Part shown: positions 52,683 to 62,744 of the stretch, piece after piece
How positions within the stretch are numbered: the stretch's first letter is position 1
Layout of the letters: every line of letters begins with the position of its first letter
Source of the DNA: Terriglobia bacterium
GTDB lineage: Bacteria > Acidobacteriota > Terriglobia > Acidiferrales > UBA7541
Assembly: GCA_963695545.1 (NCBI GenBank)
Contig: OY968796.1
Location: 768,001 to 832,000 of the forward strand
Direction: 5' to 3'
DNA length: 64,000 nt
The notes under the pieces: model-generated
Seen by the model: the letters and a program-made list of their open reading frames with translations, nothing else
Told to the model about the DNA's origin: nothing
Databases searched by the model: none
Position numbers and translations under genes: made by a program

Positions 52683-53342
52683 TTAGGAACGAACGCGAGC
52701 TTTCAGGCTGGCCTTGCCGCCCTTCACTTCGATGCGGTACTCGACTTCGCGGCACGATTTCTGTTTCTGGAGTTGCTCGGTCTTTTGGCGGATGAACTCG
52801 CGGAACTGGTCGAGTGTCAAACGCCCCGCGGTTTCGCCCGTATCGTGCTGCGCGCGCGCATACGCATCGAACAGGCCGCGCACGATTGCCGTCTCGGCGT
52901 CAGGGTCCGAGACGGTCGCCGCGAAAGACGCCGGCCGTTTTGGTTGTTTTTGCTCTTTCTGAAGTTCTTGTTCTATTTCCTCTACTTGGCGCACGGGTTG
53001 CCGTGCGGGCTCTCGCGCAGCGGCCCGGGCTCGCTCGGCCTCAAGCGCCTTGGCCGCGGCGCCAAAATGATGTTCGACGACGCCTTCCTCTTTCTGCTGC
53101 ATCCGCTTGTGAAACATCTGGCGATATTTCGAGTAAGTCATCGCCAGCGTGGCATAGCGAAACCGCTGTCCCGAATTCATGTTCGTTCCGCGCTCGGAAT
53201 AGCGCTTCATCACCAGATCGATTCGCCATTCGGTGTCCGCGGGCGGACGTTTCTTCCCCCCGCCGAAATACTGCTCGAATTCGATCTTGAACGTGCGGAT
53301 GTCTCGTTCAAGCTGGTTCAGGTCTTCTTCAGTAGTGGCCAT
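52683..53342 (-). CDS. Hypothetical protein resembling the MXAN_5187 C-terminal domain
   Basis: L..LE..I...KIE.EQYF.G..KRPP and C-terminal V..GK..LKA pattern (recall-based). Confidence 0.6.
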   Translation of the reverse strand: MATTEEDLNQLERDIRTFKIEFEQYFGGGKKRPPADTEWRIDLVMKRYSERGTNMNSGQRFRYATLAMTYSKYRQMFHKRMQQKEEGVVEHHFGAAAKALEAERARAAAREPARQPVRQVEEIEQELQKEQKQPKRPASFAATVSDPDAETAIVRGLFDAYARAQHDTGETAGRLTLDQFREFIRQKTEQLQKQKSCREVEYRIEVKGGKASLKARVRS

Positions 53343-53523
53343 AAGAGAGGGTGATACGCACTTTCGATCGTAGTGCCCTCCGCAACCTTGGTCAATCCAG
53401 CTAACGTACCACCGTGTACAACCTGCCACGCATGTCCCGCCCTCGTCCGCTCCCGGTCCCGGTCGCCAGCCTCACCAGCCGCCTCTGCGATCGGGTATAT
53501 TGCCCGCTGGGAGGAAATTAAAG

Positions 53524-54573
53524 ATGCCTCAATTTCCGGCGGCGATTGGCAATGTTTCCCGGAACGGAGCCCTCACCGAAATGGCCATGGGCTATTCGCG
53601 CAGTCGAATTTTGTGCGCCGCCGCCCGTTTGGGTGTCGCGGACGCCCTCGGCGGCAACGAGCGCTCCGTCGCCGAGATCGCCGCAGCTTGCGGCGCCCAG
53701 CCATCATCTCTATATCGCCTGCTGCGCGCCCTCGCCAGCTTCGGCATCGTCGCCGAGCGTGCGCCGGAGCGCTTCGTCCTGACTCCACTCGGCCAGCCGC
53801 TGTGTAAAGACGCCCCGAATTCAGAATGGGCTGCGGTCATATTCTGGGCGGACCTTCTTGCCGACAGTTGGTGCTACATGACCGAGTGCGTCCGTACCGG
53901 AGACAAGGCCGCCCTGATCATGGAGCGCGAGGGAATTGCATCGCGTTGGTCGAAGGATCCGAACGCCAATGCCATCTTCCGTGCCGTCATGGGCACAGCG
54001 CCCGCGGAAGATTACATGCCCATCGCGCGCGCTTGGGATTTCTCGCGATGCCGCACCGTCGCCGACCTTGGAGGCGGCGGGGGTGCTCTGATTGCCGCAG
54101 TCCTCGAAGCTTTTCCCCACTTGCGCGGAATGCTAGTGGATCGCGAGAACGCTATCGATGGAGCGAGATCCCGTTTCGAGTCGGGGGGACTTGCCGAGCG
54201 ATGCGCGCTTCTCGCCGCCGATTTGTGCGTCTCCGTCCCGGCCGGAGCCGACGTTTACATCATGAAACATGTGCTCCACGGATACGACGATGCGCGTGCG
54301 CTCGAGATCCTCGGTCACTGCCGGTCTGTTCTGCCGGCCGACGGCCGTCTCTTGGTCATCGAATTTGTTCTGCCGGACGTCGTCGATCACGCCGACGAGG
54401 GACTCGAACGCCGCTTGATGAGCGACCTAAATATGCTGGCCGTCACCGGAGGCAAAGAGCGCAGCGCCGCCGAGTGGAAAACGCTGTTGCGCAGCGCCGG
54501 CTTTGAGCGCCCGGGCATCATCCCCGTCCCTGGCGAGTTGGTCTCGATCATCGAAGCGGCTCCGCGCGGTTGA
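53524..54573 (+). CDS. SAM-dependent O-methyltransferase (family 2, dimerisation domain)
   Basis: wHTH LYRLLRALAS.G, DLGGG.G, KHVLH..DD, GKER motifs. Confidence 0.88.
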   Translation: MPQFPAAIGNVSRNGALTEMAMGYSRSRILCAAARLGVADALGGNERSVAEIAAACGAQPSSLYRLLRALASFGIVAERAPERFVLTPLGQPLCKDAPNSEWAAVIFWADLLADSWCYMTECVRTGDKAALIMEREGIASRWSKDPNANAIFRAVMGTAPAEDYMPIARAWDFSRCRTVADLGGGGGALIAAVLEAFPHLRGMLVDRENAIDGARSRFESGGLAERCALLAADLCVSVPAGADVYIMKHVLHGYDDARALEILGHCRSVLPADGRLLVIEFVLPDVVDHADEGLERRLMSDLNMLAVTGGKERSAAEWKTLLRSAGFERPGIIPVPGELVSIIEAAPRG

Positions 54574-54609
54574 AGAGGTCCCGGCTCCTCCAATTTCCTG
54601 GTCGCCTTC

Positions 54610-54801
54610 CTACTGCTCGGCGCCGTCCGCCTTGATATGAATTCGACTCCCCGTTTGTTGGTTCACGATGAAGCACTCGCCGCCCGAGGTGGCGGCTAGC
54701 TGTTTCACCCGTGCCTTGGCGGCTTCCAGCGTTGCCGTCGATTCCAGCCACAGGACGGTGCCGCGCGGCTCCGCTTTGAAAATGTCGAACGGATCAGTCA
54801 C
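54610..54801 (-). CDS. Small hypothetical protein (63 aa)
   Basis: GTG after GGAGG, GTGA overlap with upstream ORF; FDIF....VLWLE....A.ARV..L. Confidence 0.55.
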   Translation of the reverse strand: MTDPFDIFKAEPRGTVLWLESTATLEAAKARVKQLAATSGGECFIVNQQTGSRIHIKADGAEQ

Positions 54802-54992
54802 GATTTGTTGACCTCCGCGATTGACCGCGCCCGCTTCCAACTGGTGCCCGCCTCCAAGAGGAACTGCGCCGATTTCTTTTGCGTGGTCTCCCGGAGCTGC
54901 TCGCTCGCCTTCTGGCGCACGGCTTCTGTTTCCACGATCGCCGTCACTGTCTCCAGCGCCACCTGCTCGAAATGTGTCTTCTGCTGAAGCAT
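54798..54992 (-). CDS. Small hypothetical protein (64 aa)
   Basis: AAGGAGG SD; KTHFEQV.LE.V N-terminus; coupled to the downstream ORF. Confidence 0.55.
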   Translation of the reverse strand: MLQQKTHFEQVALETVTAIVETEAVRQKASEQLRETTQKKSAQFLLEAGTSWKRARSIAEVNKS

Positions 54993-55169
54993 TGCGACCC
55001 TCCTTCAAACATTCCGACGCTAACAGGCCCAAGGTCATACGGGTCAGATCTTTAAAAGTCCGAACTTTGTCCTTAGCCTGACTTCAGCCGCTCGCTTGGC
55101 GATGCGGGGGCGGTCTCGCTCCGAGCCGGGCCACCCCTGCACACCTGTTTTAGGGAACGATTATTTTAC

Positions 55170-55198
55170 TTGCACGGCTTGCTACGACCGGATACGAT
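55170..55198 (+). promoter_or_regulatory. Sigma70-like promoter
   Basis: TTGCAC-N17-TACGAT, 40 nt before ATG 55239. Confidence 0.5.
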
Positions 55199-55238
55199 AA
55201 CGCCACGTTTGTTTAGCGTCTCATCGACGGAGGATGAA

Positions 55239-55523
55239 ATGGGAACCGCTCAAGCCAAAAGCGCGCCGCTGCACTTCAAGACCATGATTCAGTCCGATGT
55301 GCCGCAAGGTCGAAACGGCAAGCACAAATTGATCGTCACCACGATCTTGAAAGACCTCGACGGTCTGAAGACTGGCTCGGCAATTAAGGTCCCATTGGCT
55401 CAATTGATGCAGTCCAAAGAAAAGGTTCGTTCCGCGCTGAATCGCGCGACTCGGAAAAGCGGACGTAAAGTAGCTACCGCCAGCGACGCGACGTTCCTGT
55501 ATGTTTGGAACATCAGCGACTAG
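55239..55523 (+). CDS. Small basic hypothetical protein
   Basis: GGAGG SD; 94 aa, Lys/Arg-rich, ends ..ATFLYVWN. Confidence 0.7.
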   Translation: MGTAQAKSAPLHFKTMIQSDVPQGRNGKHKLIVTTILKDLDGLKTGSAIKVPLAQLMQSKEKVRSALNRATRKSGRKVATASDATFLYVWNISD

Positions 55524-55627
55524 CGGTCTCGCTTTGCGATTCCCCCAACCGTTCATCTTGAAAGCTACATCTAGGTTCTGATTGACCTGAGTGTCGAAAA
55601 CTCGCCCGCGAATCGTGCGCCCGCAAC

Positions 55628-55657
55628 TTGACTTCGTCTGAAAGCGACGCCTAGACT
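55628..55657 (+). promoter_or_regulatory. Sigma70-like promoter of ubiX-ubiA-mqnE
   Basis: TTGACT-N18-TAGACT, 20 nt before ATG. Confidence 0.55.
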
Positions 55658-55676
55658 CAAAAATTCGGCTTCGCCT

Positions 55677-56312
55677 ATGGAACATACTGAGGGCAAGATC
55701 GTCGTTTTGGGCGTCACCGGCGCTTCGGGAGCGATCTTGGCGCAGGCCGCGCTGCGCAAACTCGAAGCCGATACGCGCGTCTCTCGCATTCACTTGGTGC
55801 TCACCGAAACCGGCGCGCGTCTGATCGCGCACGAACTCGGCATCGTTGCCGGCGATGCGAAAGACATGCCGTCGCTGCTCGCCGGCGCCCGCGCCATGAA
55901 GACCGATCTTCTGCCGAATAAAGATGTCGGCGCCGCGATCGCGTCCGGCAGCTACGCCGTAGACGCGATGCTCGTGATCCCCTGCTCGATGGGAGCGCTG
56001 GCGGCGATTGCCACCGGCATAAGCTCCGATCTTCTGTCCCGCGCTGCCGACGTGTGCCTCAAAGAAAACCGGCGCCTGGTGCTCTGCCTGCGCGAGACGC
56101 CCTTTAGCCGCATCCACATCGAAAACATGTTGCGCGCGCAGCAAGCCGGGGCCGTGATCATGCCGGTGATTCCCGCGTTCTACGATCAACCGAAAACGCT
56201 TGACGACGTGGTCGCGCAATTCGTCAATCGCGCGCTCGCGCAAATCGGATTGCCACAACTGGACGCGTTCCGCTGGGAAGGCCAGGGCAAAGGCACGGCG
56301 CGAGGGGCGTGA
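55677..56312 (+). CDS. ubiX: Flavin prenyltransferase
   Basis: GVTGASG, IASGS, PCSM, RAADV.LKE.R, RETP, PAFY. Confidence 0.93.
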   Translation: MEHTEGKIVVLGVTGASGAILAQAALRKLEADTRVSRIHLVLTETGARLIAHELGIVAGDAKDMPSLLAGARAMKTDLLPNKDVGAAIASGSYAVDAMLVIPCSMGALAAIATGISSDLLSRAADVCLKENRRLVLCLRETPFSRIHIENMLRAQQAGAVIMPVIPAFYDQPKTLDDVVAQFVNRALAQIGLPQLDAFRWEGQGKGTARGA

Positions 56313-57220
56313 GCGTGAATCGCATCCGCCATGCCGGCCGGCAGGCAGGCACCGTGCTCGAAATGATCAAGTTCGAGCACTCGATCTTCACGCTTCCCTT
56401 CGCGCTCACCGCCGCGCTTCTGGCCGCGCGCTATCCGCACGCTCCAGGCGCCGTCGCGGGCTGGCCAACGGCGCGCCAATTTTTCTGGATCGTTGTGGCC
56501 ATGGTCGGCGCGCGCTCCGCCGCGATGACCGTGAACCGCATCGCGGACCTGAAGTACGATCGCGACAATCCCCGCACTGCGCAAAGGGCGCTCGTGACCG
56601 GAGCGCTTTCGGTCGGCTTCGCCTGGGGCTTCGCGCTTGTGGCTTCGGCCGTTTTGGTGGTGGCCGCGTGGCAACTCAATCGTCTCGCGCTCGAACTTTC
56701 TCCGGTCGCTCTGGCGCTGGTGTTCTTTTATTCCTACACCAAGCGATTCACCGCGTGGTCGCATCTTGTGCTGGGTCTGTGCATGGGAATTTCGCCCGCC
56801 GCGGCATGGATCGCCGTGGCCGGTTCGTTCGATCCGCGTATTCTGTTGCTGTGCGCCGCCGTCACGCTTTGGGGCGGCGGCTTCGACGTGCTCTACGCCT
56901 GCCAGGATGTCGAATTCGATCGCCGCGTTGGCCTCTACTCGATTCCGAAGCGCTTCGGCGTCGCGCGCGCTCTGGACATCGCGCGCGGCATGCATGTCCT
57001 GATGACGCTGCTGCTCGTGTGCCTCGCGGCCGCGTTTCATCTGGCGTGGCCGGCGTGGGCCGGAATCGCGGTGATCGCGGCGCTTTTGACTTACGAACAT
57101 TCTCTGGTGCGCGCCAACAATCTCACTCGCGTCAATGCTGCGTTTTTCACGGTGAACGGCTATATTAGTATTCTGTTCTTTCTGTTCTGGGGCGCGGCCG
57201 TATTGGTCGGCCGCCGGTAG
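56309..57220 (+). CDS. UbiA-family prenyltransferase (MqnP-like)
   Basis: MIKFEHSIF.LPFA, NRIAD..YD..NPRT, FD..YACQD.EFD. Confidence 0.9.
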   Translation: MSVNRIRHAGRQAGTVLEMIKFEHSIFTLPFALTAALLAARYPHAPGAVAGWPTARQFFWIVVAMVGARSAAMTVNRIADLKYDRDNPRTAQRALVTGALSVGFAWGFALVASAVLVVAAWQLNRLALELSPVALALVFFYSYTKRFTAWSHLVLGLCMGISPAAAWIAVAGSFDPRILLLCAAVTLWGGGFDVLYACQDVEFDRRVGLYSIPKRFGVARALDIARGMHVLMTLLLVCLAAAFHLAWPAWAGIAVIAALLTYEHSLVRANNLTRVNAAFFTVNGYISILFFLFWGAAVLVGRR

Positions 57221-57235
57221 TCGGCACGCACGAAA

Positions 57236-58387
57236 ATGACGGCCGAACTTCAAATCTCGGATGCGCGTCTCAAACCGATCGCCGACAAAATTCTCGCCGG
57301 AGAACGCCTCGATTTCGACGACGGCATCGCGCTCTATCGCACGAACGATCTGCTGGCCCTCGGCTGGCTCGCGAACAGCGTGCGCGAAAAACGCCACGGC
57401 AGCATCTGCTACTTCAACGTGAATCGCCACATCAATCCCACCAACGTCTGCGTGGCCCACTGCCGCTTGTGCGCTTTCGGCCGCAGCCCGGACGCGCCGG
57501 GCGCCTACACGTTTGCTCTCGAAGAAATCTACCAGCGTGCCGAAGCCGGCATGCGCGAAGGCGCCACGGAATTTCACATGGTCGGCGGGCTGCATCCGGA
57601 TTTGCCGTTTGAATATTTTCTCGATCTGATGCGCGGCTTGAAGCAGCGCTGCCCCAGCGTGCATTTGAAAGCCTTCACCATGGTTGAGGTCGGCTACTTC
57701 GCGCGCATCGCCAAGCTTTCGATTCGCGACACGCTCCTTGCGCTCAAGCAGGCCGGAGTCGATTCCCTGCCCGGCGGCGGCGCCGAAATTTTCCATCCGC
57801 GCGTGCGCAAAATAATTTGCGATCATAAAGTCAGCGGCCAGCAGTGGCTTTCGATCGCGCGCACCGCGCATCAGATCGGCCTGCGCTCAAACGCGACCAT
57901 GCTGTATGGCCACATCGAAACCGAAGAAGAGCGCGTCGGGCATTTGCTTCTGCTGCGCGAATTGCAGGACGAAACGCACGGCTTCGTGGCTTTTATTCCG
58001 CTCGCGTTTCATCCGGAAAATACCGCGCTCGCGCATCTTCCGAAGCCCACGGCGTTTGCTGACATAAAAGCTATCGCCGTCTCGCGGCTCCTACTGGATA
58101 ATTTCGATCACATCAAAGCGTATTGGATCATGCTCACGCCGAAAGTCGCGCAGATCGCGCTGCGATTCGGCGCCGACGATCTTGACGGCACAGTCGTCGA
58201 AGAAAAGATTTATCACGATGCCGGCGCCACAACCGAGCAGTTCACTTCGCGCGCCGATCTCGAGCGCCTGATCCGCGAAGCCGGCCGCACGCCCGTCGAG
58301 CGCGACACGCTCTATCGCCCCGTGGACCGCTCGAAAATGCCGCCGCCCGGCCCGCGCCCCGACGTCACGCTCACGCTGAACGTTTAA
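57236..58387 (+). CDS. mqnE: Aminofutalosine synthase (radical SAM)
   Basis: N.HINPTNVC..C..CAF, VGGLHP, PGGGAE, HIKAYW, DGTV.EEKIYH.AG. Confidence 0.88.
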   Translation: MTAELQISDARLKPIADKILAGERLDFDDGIALYRTNDLLALGWLANSVREKRHGSICYFNVNRHINPTNVCVAHCRLCAFGRSPDAPGAYTFALEEIYQRAEAGMREGATEFHMVGGLHPDLPFEYFLDLMRGLKQRCPSVHLKAFTMVEVGYFARIAKLSIRDTLLALKQAGVDSLPGGGAEIFHPRVRKIICDHKVSGQQWLSIARTAHQIGLRSNATMLYGHIETEEERVGHLLLLRELQDETHGFVAFIPLAFHPENTALAHLPKPTAFADIKAIAVSRLLLDNFDHIKAYWIMLTPKVAQIALRFGADDLDGTVVEEKIYHDAGATTEQFTSRADLERLIREAGRTPVERDTLYRPVDRSKMPPPGPRPDVTLTLNV

Positions 58388-58616
58388 TCTCACAATCCTC
58401 GCATTGCGTTCGCCGCGCTCCGCGCATCCGCCACGCATTCTCGGCACGCGCAAATACTCATTGACGCCGCACGCCCGCTTGGTGCAATCTCCGGCCATCG
58501 CTTCCTCCAAGCCGCATCGATGACCGCGTGATCTGGTTTGCGGAAATTCGCTTGGAAGAATCGATCCCGTTCGCGCTCAATTTTAGAAACTCGACCCCCT
58601 GTGGAGGTGGGTACGC

Positions 58617-59561
58617 ATGAAGCGATGTCTTTTCCCCGCACTCGCTGCGCTTTCCCTGTGCCTTGCGGCCTCGGTAACCGTCCGAGCCCAAGACGCCGGC
58701 TCGATGCCAAACATGGCATCCGGCCAGATGTCCAGCCGGAATTCCAGCATGCCCGCGCCGCCGAACATCCTGATGATCGAGACGGACAACATCAAGCCCT
58801 ACAGCACGACTCCGTACGATAAAGTCGCCGCGGAGTACGTCGCCGTCGCGCGAAAGGCCAATCTGCCCGGCAGCGTAATCGCCATGGAAGCGCTCTCCGG
58901 CCCGAACCGCGCGCAGTACCTGTTCGCCCATGATTCCTTCGACGACATGCAACAGCAAGAAGACATCACCATGAAGGACGCCACCGCGACGGCGGCATTC
59001 GCGCACCTCGACAGCCTCGAGAACCCGTACGTCGCCGAAGTGCACAACGTGATCTGGCACTACCGCGAAGACCTCAGCAACAACGCCGCGGGCGCCGACA
59101 TTGCGCACTGCCGCTACTGGGAAACAATCGTCTTCCACATCAAGCCCGGCCACGACCAGCAGTTTGAGGAAAATGCAAAGATGTACCGCGATGCCTACGC
59201 CAAGATCGGCGTCAACCTCCCTTGGGCGACCTTTGAAGCCGAAATGGGCGCCACCGATTCCTACGTCGTGATTCTTCCGATGAAGTCGCTTAAGGAAGAA
59301 GACGAGGGACTCGCGCGCCAAAAAACGGTCATGGACGCGTTCGGCAGCGACGGCATGCATCACCTCGAGGAGACCGCCCGCGACGCTTACGCCAGTGTGG
59401 AAGATACACTCTGGGAAGTGAATCCCAAGACCAGCTACGTGACCAAGGAAATGATGGCCGCCAATCCGGACTTCTGGAATCCGAAACCCGCGGCCCCGAT
59501 GACCAAGGGCACAATGGTCAAGCCGGCGATGAAGCCCGCGCCGAAACCTGCCACTCCGTAG
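58617..59561 (+). CDS. Secreted hypothetical protein with two NIPSNAP-like halves
   Basis: Signal peptide; duplicated ..IKP(G).. ferredoxin-like pattern; GGAGG SD. Confidence 0.7.
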   Translation: MKRCLFPALAALSLCLAASVTVRAQDAGSMPNMASGQMSSRNSSMPAPPNILMIETDNIKPYSTTPYDKVAAEYVAVARKANLPGSVIAMEALSGPNRAQYLFAHDSFDDMQQQEDITMKDATATAAFAHLDSLENPYVAEVHNVIWHYREDLSNNAAGADIAHCRYWETIVFHIKPGHDQQFEENAKMYRDAYAKIGVNLPWATFEAEMGATDSYVVILPMKSLKEEDEGLARQKTVMDAFGSDGMHHLEETARDAYASVEDTLWEVNPKTSYVTKEMMAANPDFWNPKPAAPMTKGTMVKPAMKPAPKPATP

Positions 59562-59588
59562 GCGAAAATTATTTCTAACCAGCATCGG

Positions 59589-59626
59589 GGGCGTCTCGAT
59601 CTCTCGGGGCGCCCTTTCTTATTTTC
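59589..59626 (+). terminator. Intrinsic terminator
   Basis: gggcgtctcga-tctc-tcggggcgccc hairpin (two G-U pairs) followed by tttcttattttc. Confidence 0.7.
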
Positions 59627-59672
59627 ACGTCTCATTTCACGCGCGACTCCGAACGGGAAAAACGCCGCATCG

Positions 59673-61040
59673 CTATGCGCACACCGCGCCCGATGCATCC
59701 CGCGCGTTGCGGCGCGGCAGAAAGGCTTGCGCCACGAGTAGCGCGTAAAACGGCGCATACGTCAGCCATTGCAGCGCGGTATCGAATCGCCATTCGCCCA
59801 AAATGCGATAAGGAATCAAAACGTTATACGAGAGACACACGAGCACCGTGAGCAGCAGCCAAGCTGTGTTCGGAAAAAAACAGAGCAGCGGCACGATCCA
59901 CGTGAAGTACCAGGGATAACCATTCGGCGCGAAGAGCAGGATCGCGCCCACGACAAGAAACGCCGCGCGCGCCGGATCCGCCCGCCGCGCCGCCAGCCAC
60001 AGCGCGAGACTCGCCACAACCACGCGTCCCGCCATCACCGCGAAACCATGCGAGCCCGAAGCCCATCGCAACACCGAATACAAGCTCGCATTGTTGTTCT
60101 GCCAAGCTGGCAAATAATATGCGTGCATAGTGCGCGCAAAGTCCGCCCATCCCGCGCGATAGGGCCACGCACACGCGAGGCCGACGGCTGCGGCAGCGGC
60201 CGCGGCGATCCATCCGCGCAGCCGACGCGGCCATCCCGCGCGCACGACCCATAGCGGCAGCAGCGCCGCCGGGAAGAATTTGGCCATGGCCCCGGCCGCC
60301 AGCGCCATCGTTGACACGATGGGACGCCTCCGTATAATCAGGATGGCGGCGACTAACGCGGCCACGGCCAGCGAATCGTTGTGGCCGCTGCCGGCGAATT
60401 CGACGATCACCAGGGGGTTCCAGGCGTAAATGGCCAAACGGGAAATCCTTTGGCCGGTCTCGCGGACCCAGACCCCGAGCATTCCGACGACAGCCAGGTC
60501 GGCTAGAACGAATGGTAATTTGAAGCCGACCGGCCCAGGCAACAAGCGCCACGTCGCGCGGAACACGAGCTCCAATAGAGGCGGATAGACGGTGGGCAAT
60601 TCGTGGGCGGGCATGATCTGCCATCCGCCGGCCGAGGAATTGCGCAAAGATTCGACCCGTGGGTCGTCCGGGCGCATCGAATAGGGGTTCCAGCCGGCGG
60701 CTTGGACTTGGGCGTCCCAGCGATAGCGGTAGAGGTCGGTTGAGAGCGTGGGCGCGAGCGGCAGAAGCGTCAGGCGAAAGGCCAGCGCGCCGAGCAGCAC
60801 GAGAAAGAATCCGGCGCGGGAGTCACGCAAATGTTCGAGCGCGTACAACGCGATGAAATAAACGACGCCAGCCGCAAGCGCGAGCGAGATGAAGCCGACG
60901 ACGTGCGCGGAGAGATCGCGCAAGCGCGCGACGCGGAGGAAGATGGCTTCCAGCGCGGCGAGCAGAAGCAAAGCCGCGACGGCTTGACCTCGCGGGAGGT
61001 TCGGCGCGTGGCCGGGCAAGCGATGATCGGAATTCAGCAC
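59673..61040 (-). CDS. Polytopic GT-C (GT87-like) glycosyltransferase
   Basis: S.DLYRY.WD, GWNPY..P, YPP, YAWNP...E...GHND, PWY; many TMs. Confidence 0.8.
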   Translation of the reverse strand: MLNSDHRLPGHAPNLPRGQAVAALLLLAALEAIFLRVARLRDLSAHVVGFISLALAAGVVYFIALYALEHLRDSRAGFFLVLLGALAFRLTLLPLAPTLSTDLYRYRWDAQVQAAGWNPYSMRPDDPRVESLRNSSAGGWQIMPAHELPTVYPPLLELVFRATWRLLPGPVGFKLPFVLADLAVVGMLGVWVRETGQRISRLAIYAWNPLVIVEFAGSGHNDSLAVAALVAAILIIRRRPIVSTMALAAGAMAKFFPAALLPLWVVRAGWPRRLRGWIAAAAAAAVGLACAWPYRAGWADFARTMHAYYLPAWQNNNASLYSVLRWASGSHGFAVMAGRVVVASLALWLAARRADPARAAFLVVGAILLFAPNGYPWYFTWIVPLLCFFPNTAWLLLTVLVCLSYNVLIPYRILGEWRFDTALQWLTYAPFYALLVAQAFLPRRNARDASGAVCA

Positions 61041-61090
61041 GAAATGGCCGGTCCGCGCGGCCTGCGATTTTCAGGAGCAGCGTAGCGACG

Positions 61091-62731
61091 ATGAGACATC
61101 TGTTTCATCTCGGAGTTCTGGCGGCCGCGCAAGGGCCGCTGGCGAACTATTGGTCGAAGCTGACTGACGCGAATCGCAATCCGTTCCGCGGCCTTTATCA
61201 GATGAATGCGTTCGACCTGTGGCTGACGATCCCGTACTTCACGGTGTTGATCGTGCTCGCGGCGTTCGGGCTGCACCGCTACTGGTTGGTGTACCACTAT
61301 TTCAAGAATCGCCGGAATGTTCCCGGCCCGCCACCCGCGGTTGAACATTGGCCCAAGGTTACCATACAGCTTCCGGTCTATAACGAGCGCTACGTGGTCG
61401 AGCGATTGATCGATTCGATCGCGCGCTTCGATTATCCGCGCGAACTGCTCGAGGTGCAGGTGCTTGACGATTCCACCGACGAATCGCAGGAAGTGGCGCG
61501 CGATTGCGTGGAGCGTTACCGCGCACTGGGATTTCCGATCCGCTATATGCATCGCGACGACCGCACGGGATTCAAGGCCGGCGCGCTGGCGTACGGACTT
61601 GAAAGCGCCAGCGGCGAATTCATCGCCATTTTCGACGCCGATTTCGTGCCCAGCCCGGATTTTCTGCTGCGCACGCTGCCTTATTTTTCGACCGACCCGA
61701 AAATCGCCATGGTGCAAACGCGCTGGACGTATCTGAATCGCGATTACTCCGCGCTTACCGAAGTCGAATCCATTTTGCTCGACGGCCATTTCATTATCGA
61801 GCACGGCGCGCGCTCGCGCAGCGGCGTCTTCTTCAATTTCAACGGCACAGCCGGCGTGTGGCGGCGCACGGCGATCGACGATGCCTGCGGCTGGCAGCAC
61901 GACACGCTCACCGAGGACACGGACCTTTCTTATCGCGCGCAACTGCGCGGCTGGCGCTTCACGTATCTGCCCGACGTCGAATGTCCCTCCGAGCTGCCCG
62001 TGGAAATGAATTCGTTCAAGACGCAACAGGCGCGCTGGGCCAAGGGGCTGATCCAAACCGCGAAGAAAATCCTGCCGCGCGTGTTGCGCTCGGACCAACC
62101 CACGGCGGTGAAGGCCGAAGCCGTGATGCATTTGACGGCGAACATCAGCTACCCGCTGATGGTGGTGCTCTCAACGCTGCTGCTGCCGGCCATGATCGTG
62201 CGGTTCTATCAAGGCTGGTTCCAGATGATGCTGATCGATTTGCCGCTGTTCATGGCGTCGAGCTTTTCGATTTCGGGATTTTATCTTTCGGCGCAACGCG
62301 CGCTTTATCCGCGCACCTGGTACCGCTCGATCCTTTACATGCCATTCGTGATGGCCGTGGGCATCGGTCTTTCGGTGCGCAATGCCAAGGCCGTGCTGGA
62401 AGCGCTGTTCGGCGTGAAATCGGATTTCGCGCGCACACCGAAATACAGCATTGAAGGACAGTCCGGCAGTTGGCGCAAAAAATCATATCGCAATCGCGCG
62501 GGCTGGATGCCGTATCTGGAAGTCTTGCTCGGCCTGTATTTCGGGGCGACGGTGCTGTACGCGATCCAGAACGAAAGTTACATCACGGTTCCGTTCCTGC
62601 TGCTCTTCGTTTGGGGTTATCTCTACACCGGATTCATGTCGCTCGGGCAAGTGTGGTTCGAGCGCTTCCGTCTGGGCACGGATGACGCGGCCGAAACCCG
62701 CCCGGCCGCGACCGGCGTCCCGAGTTTCTAG
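61091..62731 (+). CDS. Family 2 processive glycosyltransferase (CslA/cellulose-synthase-like)
   Basis: DDSTD, KAGAL, FDAD, TED, QxxRW (QQARW) motifs plus TMs. Confidence 0.9.
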   Translation: MRHLFHLGVLAAAQGPLANYWSKLTDANRNPFRGLYQMNAFDLWLTIPYFTVLIVLAAFGLHRYWLVYHYFKNRRNVPGPPPAVEHWPKVTIQLPVYNERYVVERLIDSIARFDYPRELLEVQVLDDSTDESQEVARDCVERYRALGFPIRYMHRDDRTGFKAGALAYGLESASGEFIAIFDADFVPSPDFLLRTLPYFSTDPKIAMVQTRWTYLNRDYSALTEVESILLDGHFIIEHGARSRSGVFFNFNGTAGVWRRTAIDDACGWQHDTLTEDTDLSYRAQLRGWRFTYLPDVECPSELPVEMNSFKTQQARWAKGLIQTAKKILPRVLRSDQPTAVKAEAVMHLTANISYPLMVVLSTLLLPAMIVRFYQGWFQMMLIDLPLFMASSFSISGFYLSAQRALYPRTWYRSILYMPFVMAVGIGLSVRNAKAVLEALFGVKSDFARTPKYSIEGQSGSWRKKSYRNRAGWMPYLEVLLGLYFGATVLYAIQNESYITVPFLLLFVWGYLYTGFMSLGQVWFERFRLGTDDAAETRPAATGVPSF

Positions 62732-62744
62732 CGGCAAAATCCCC

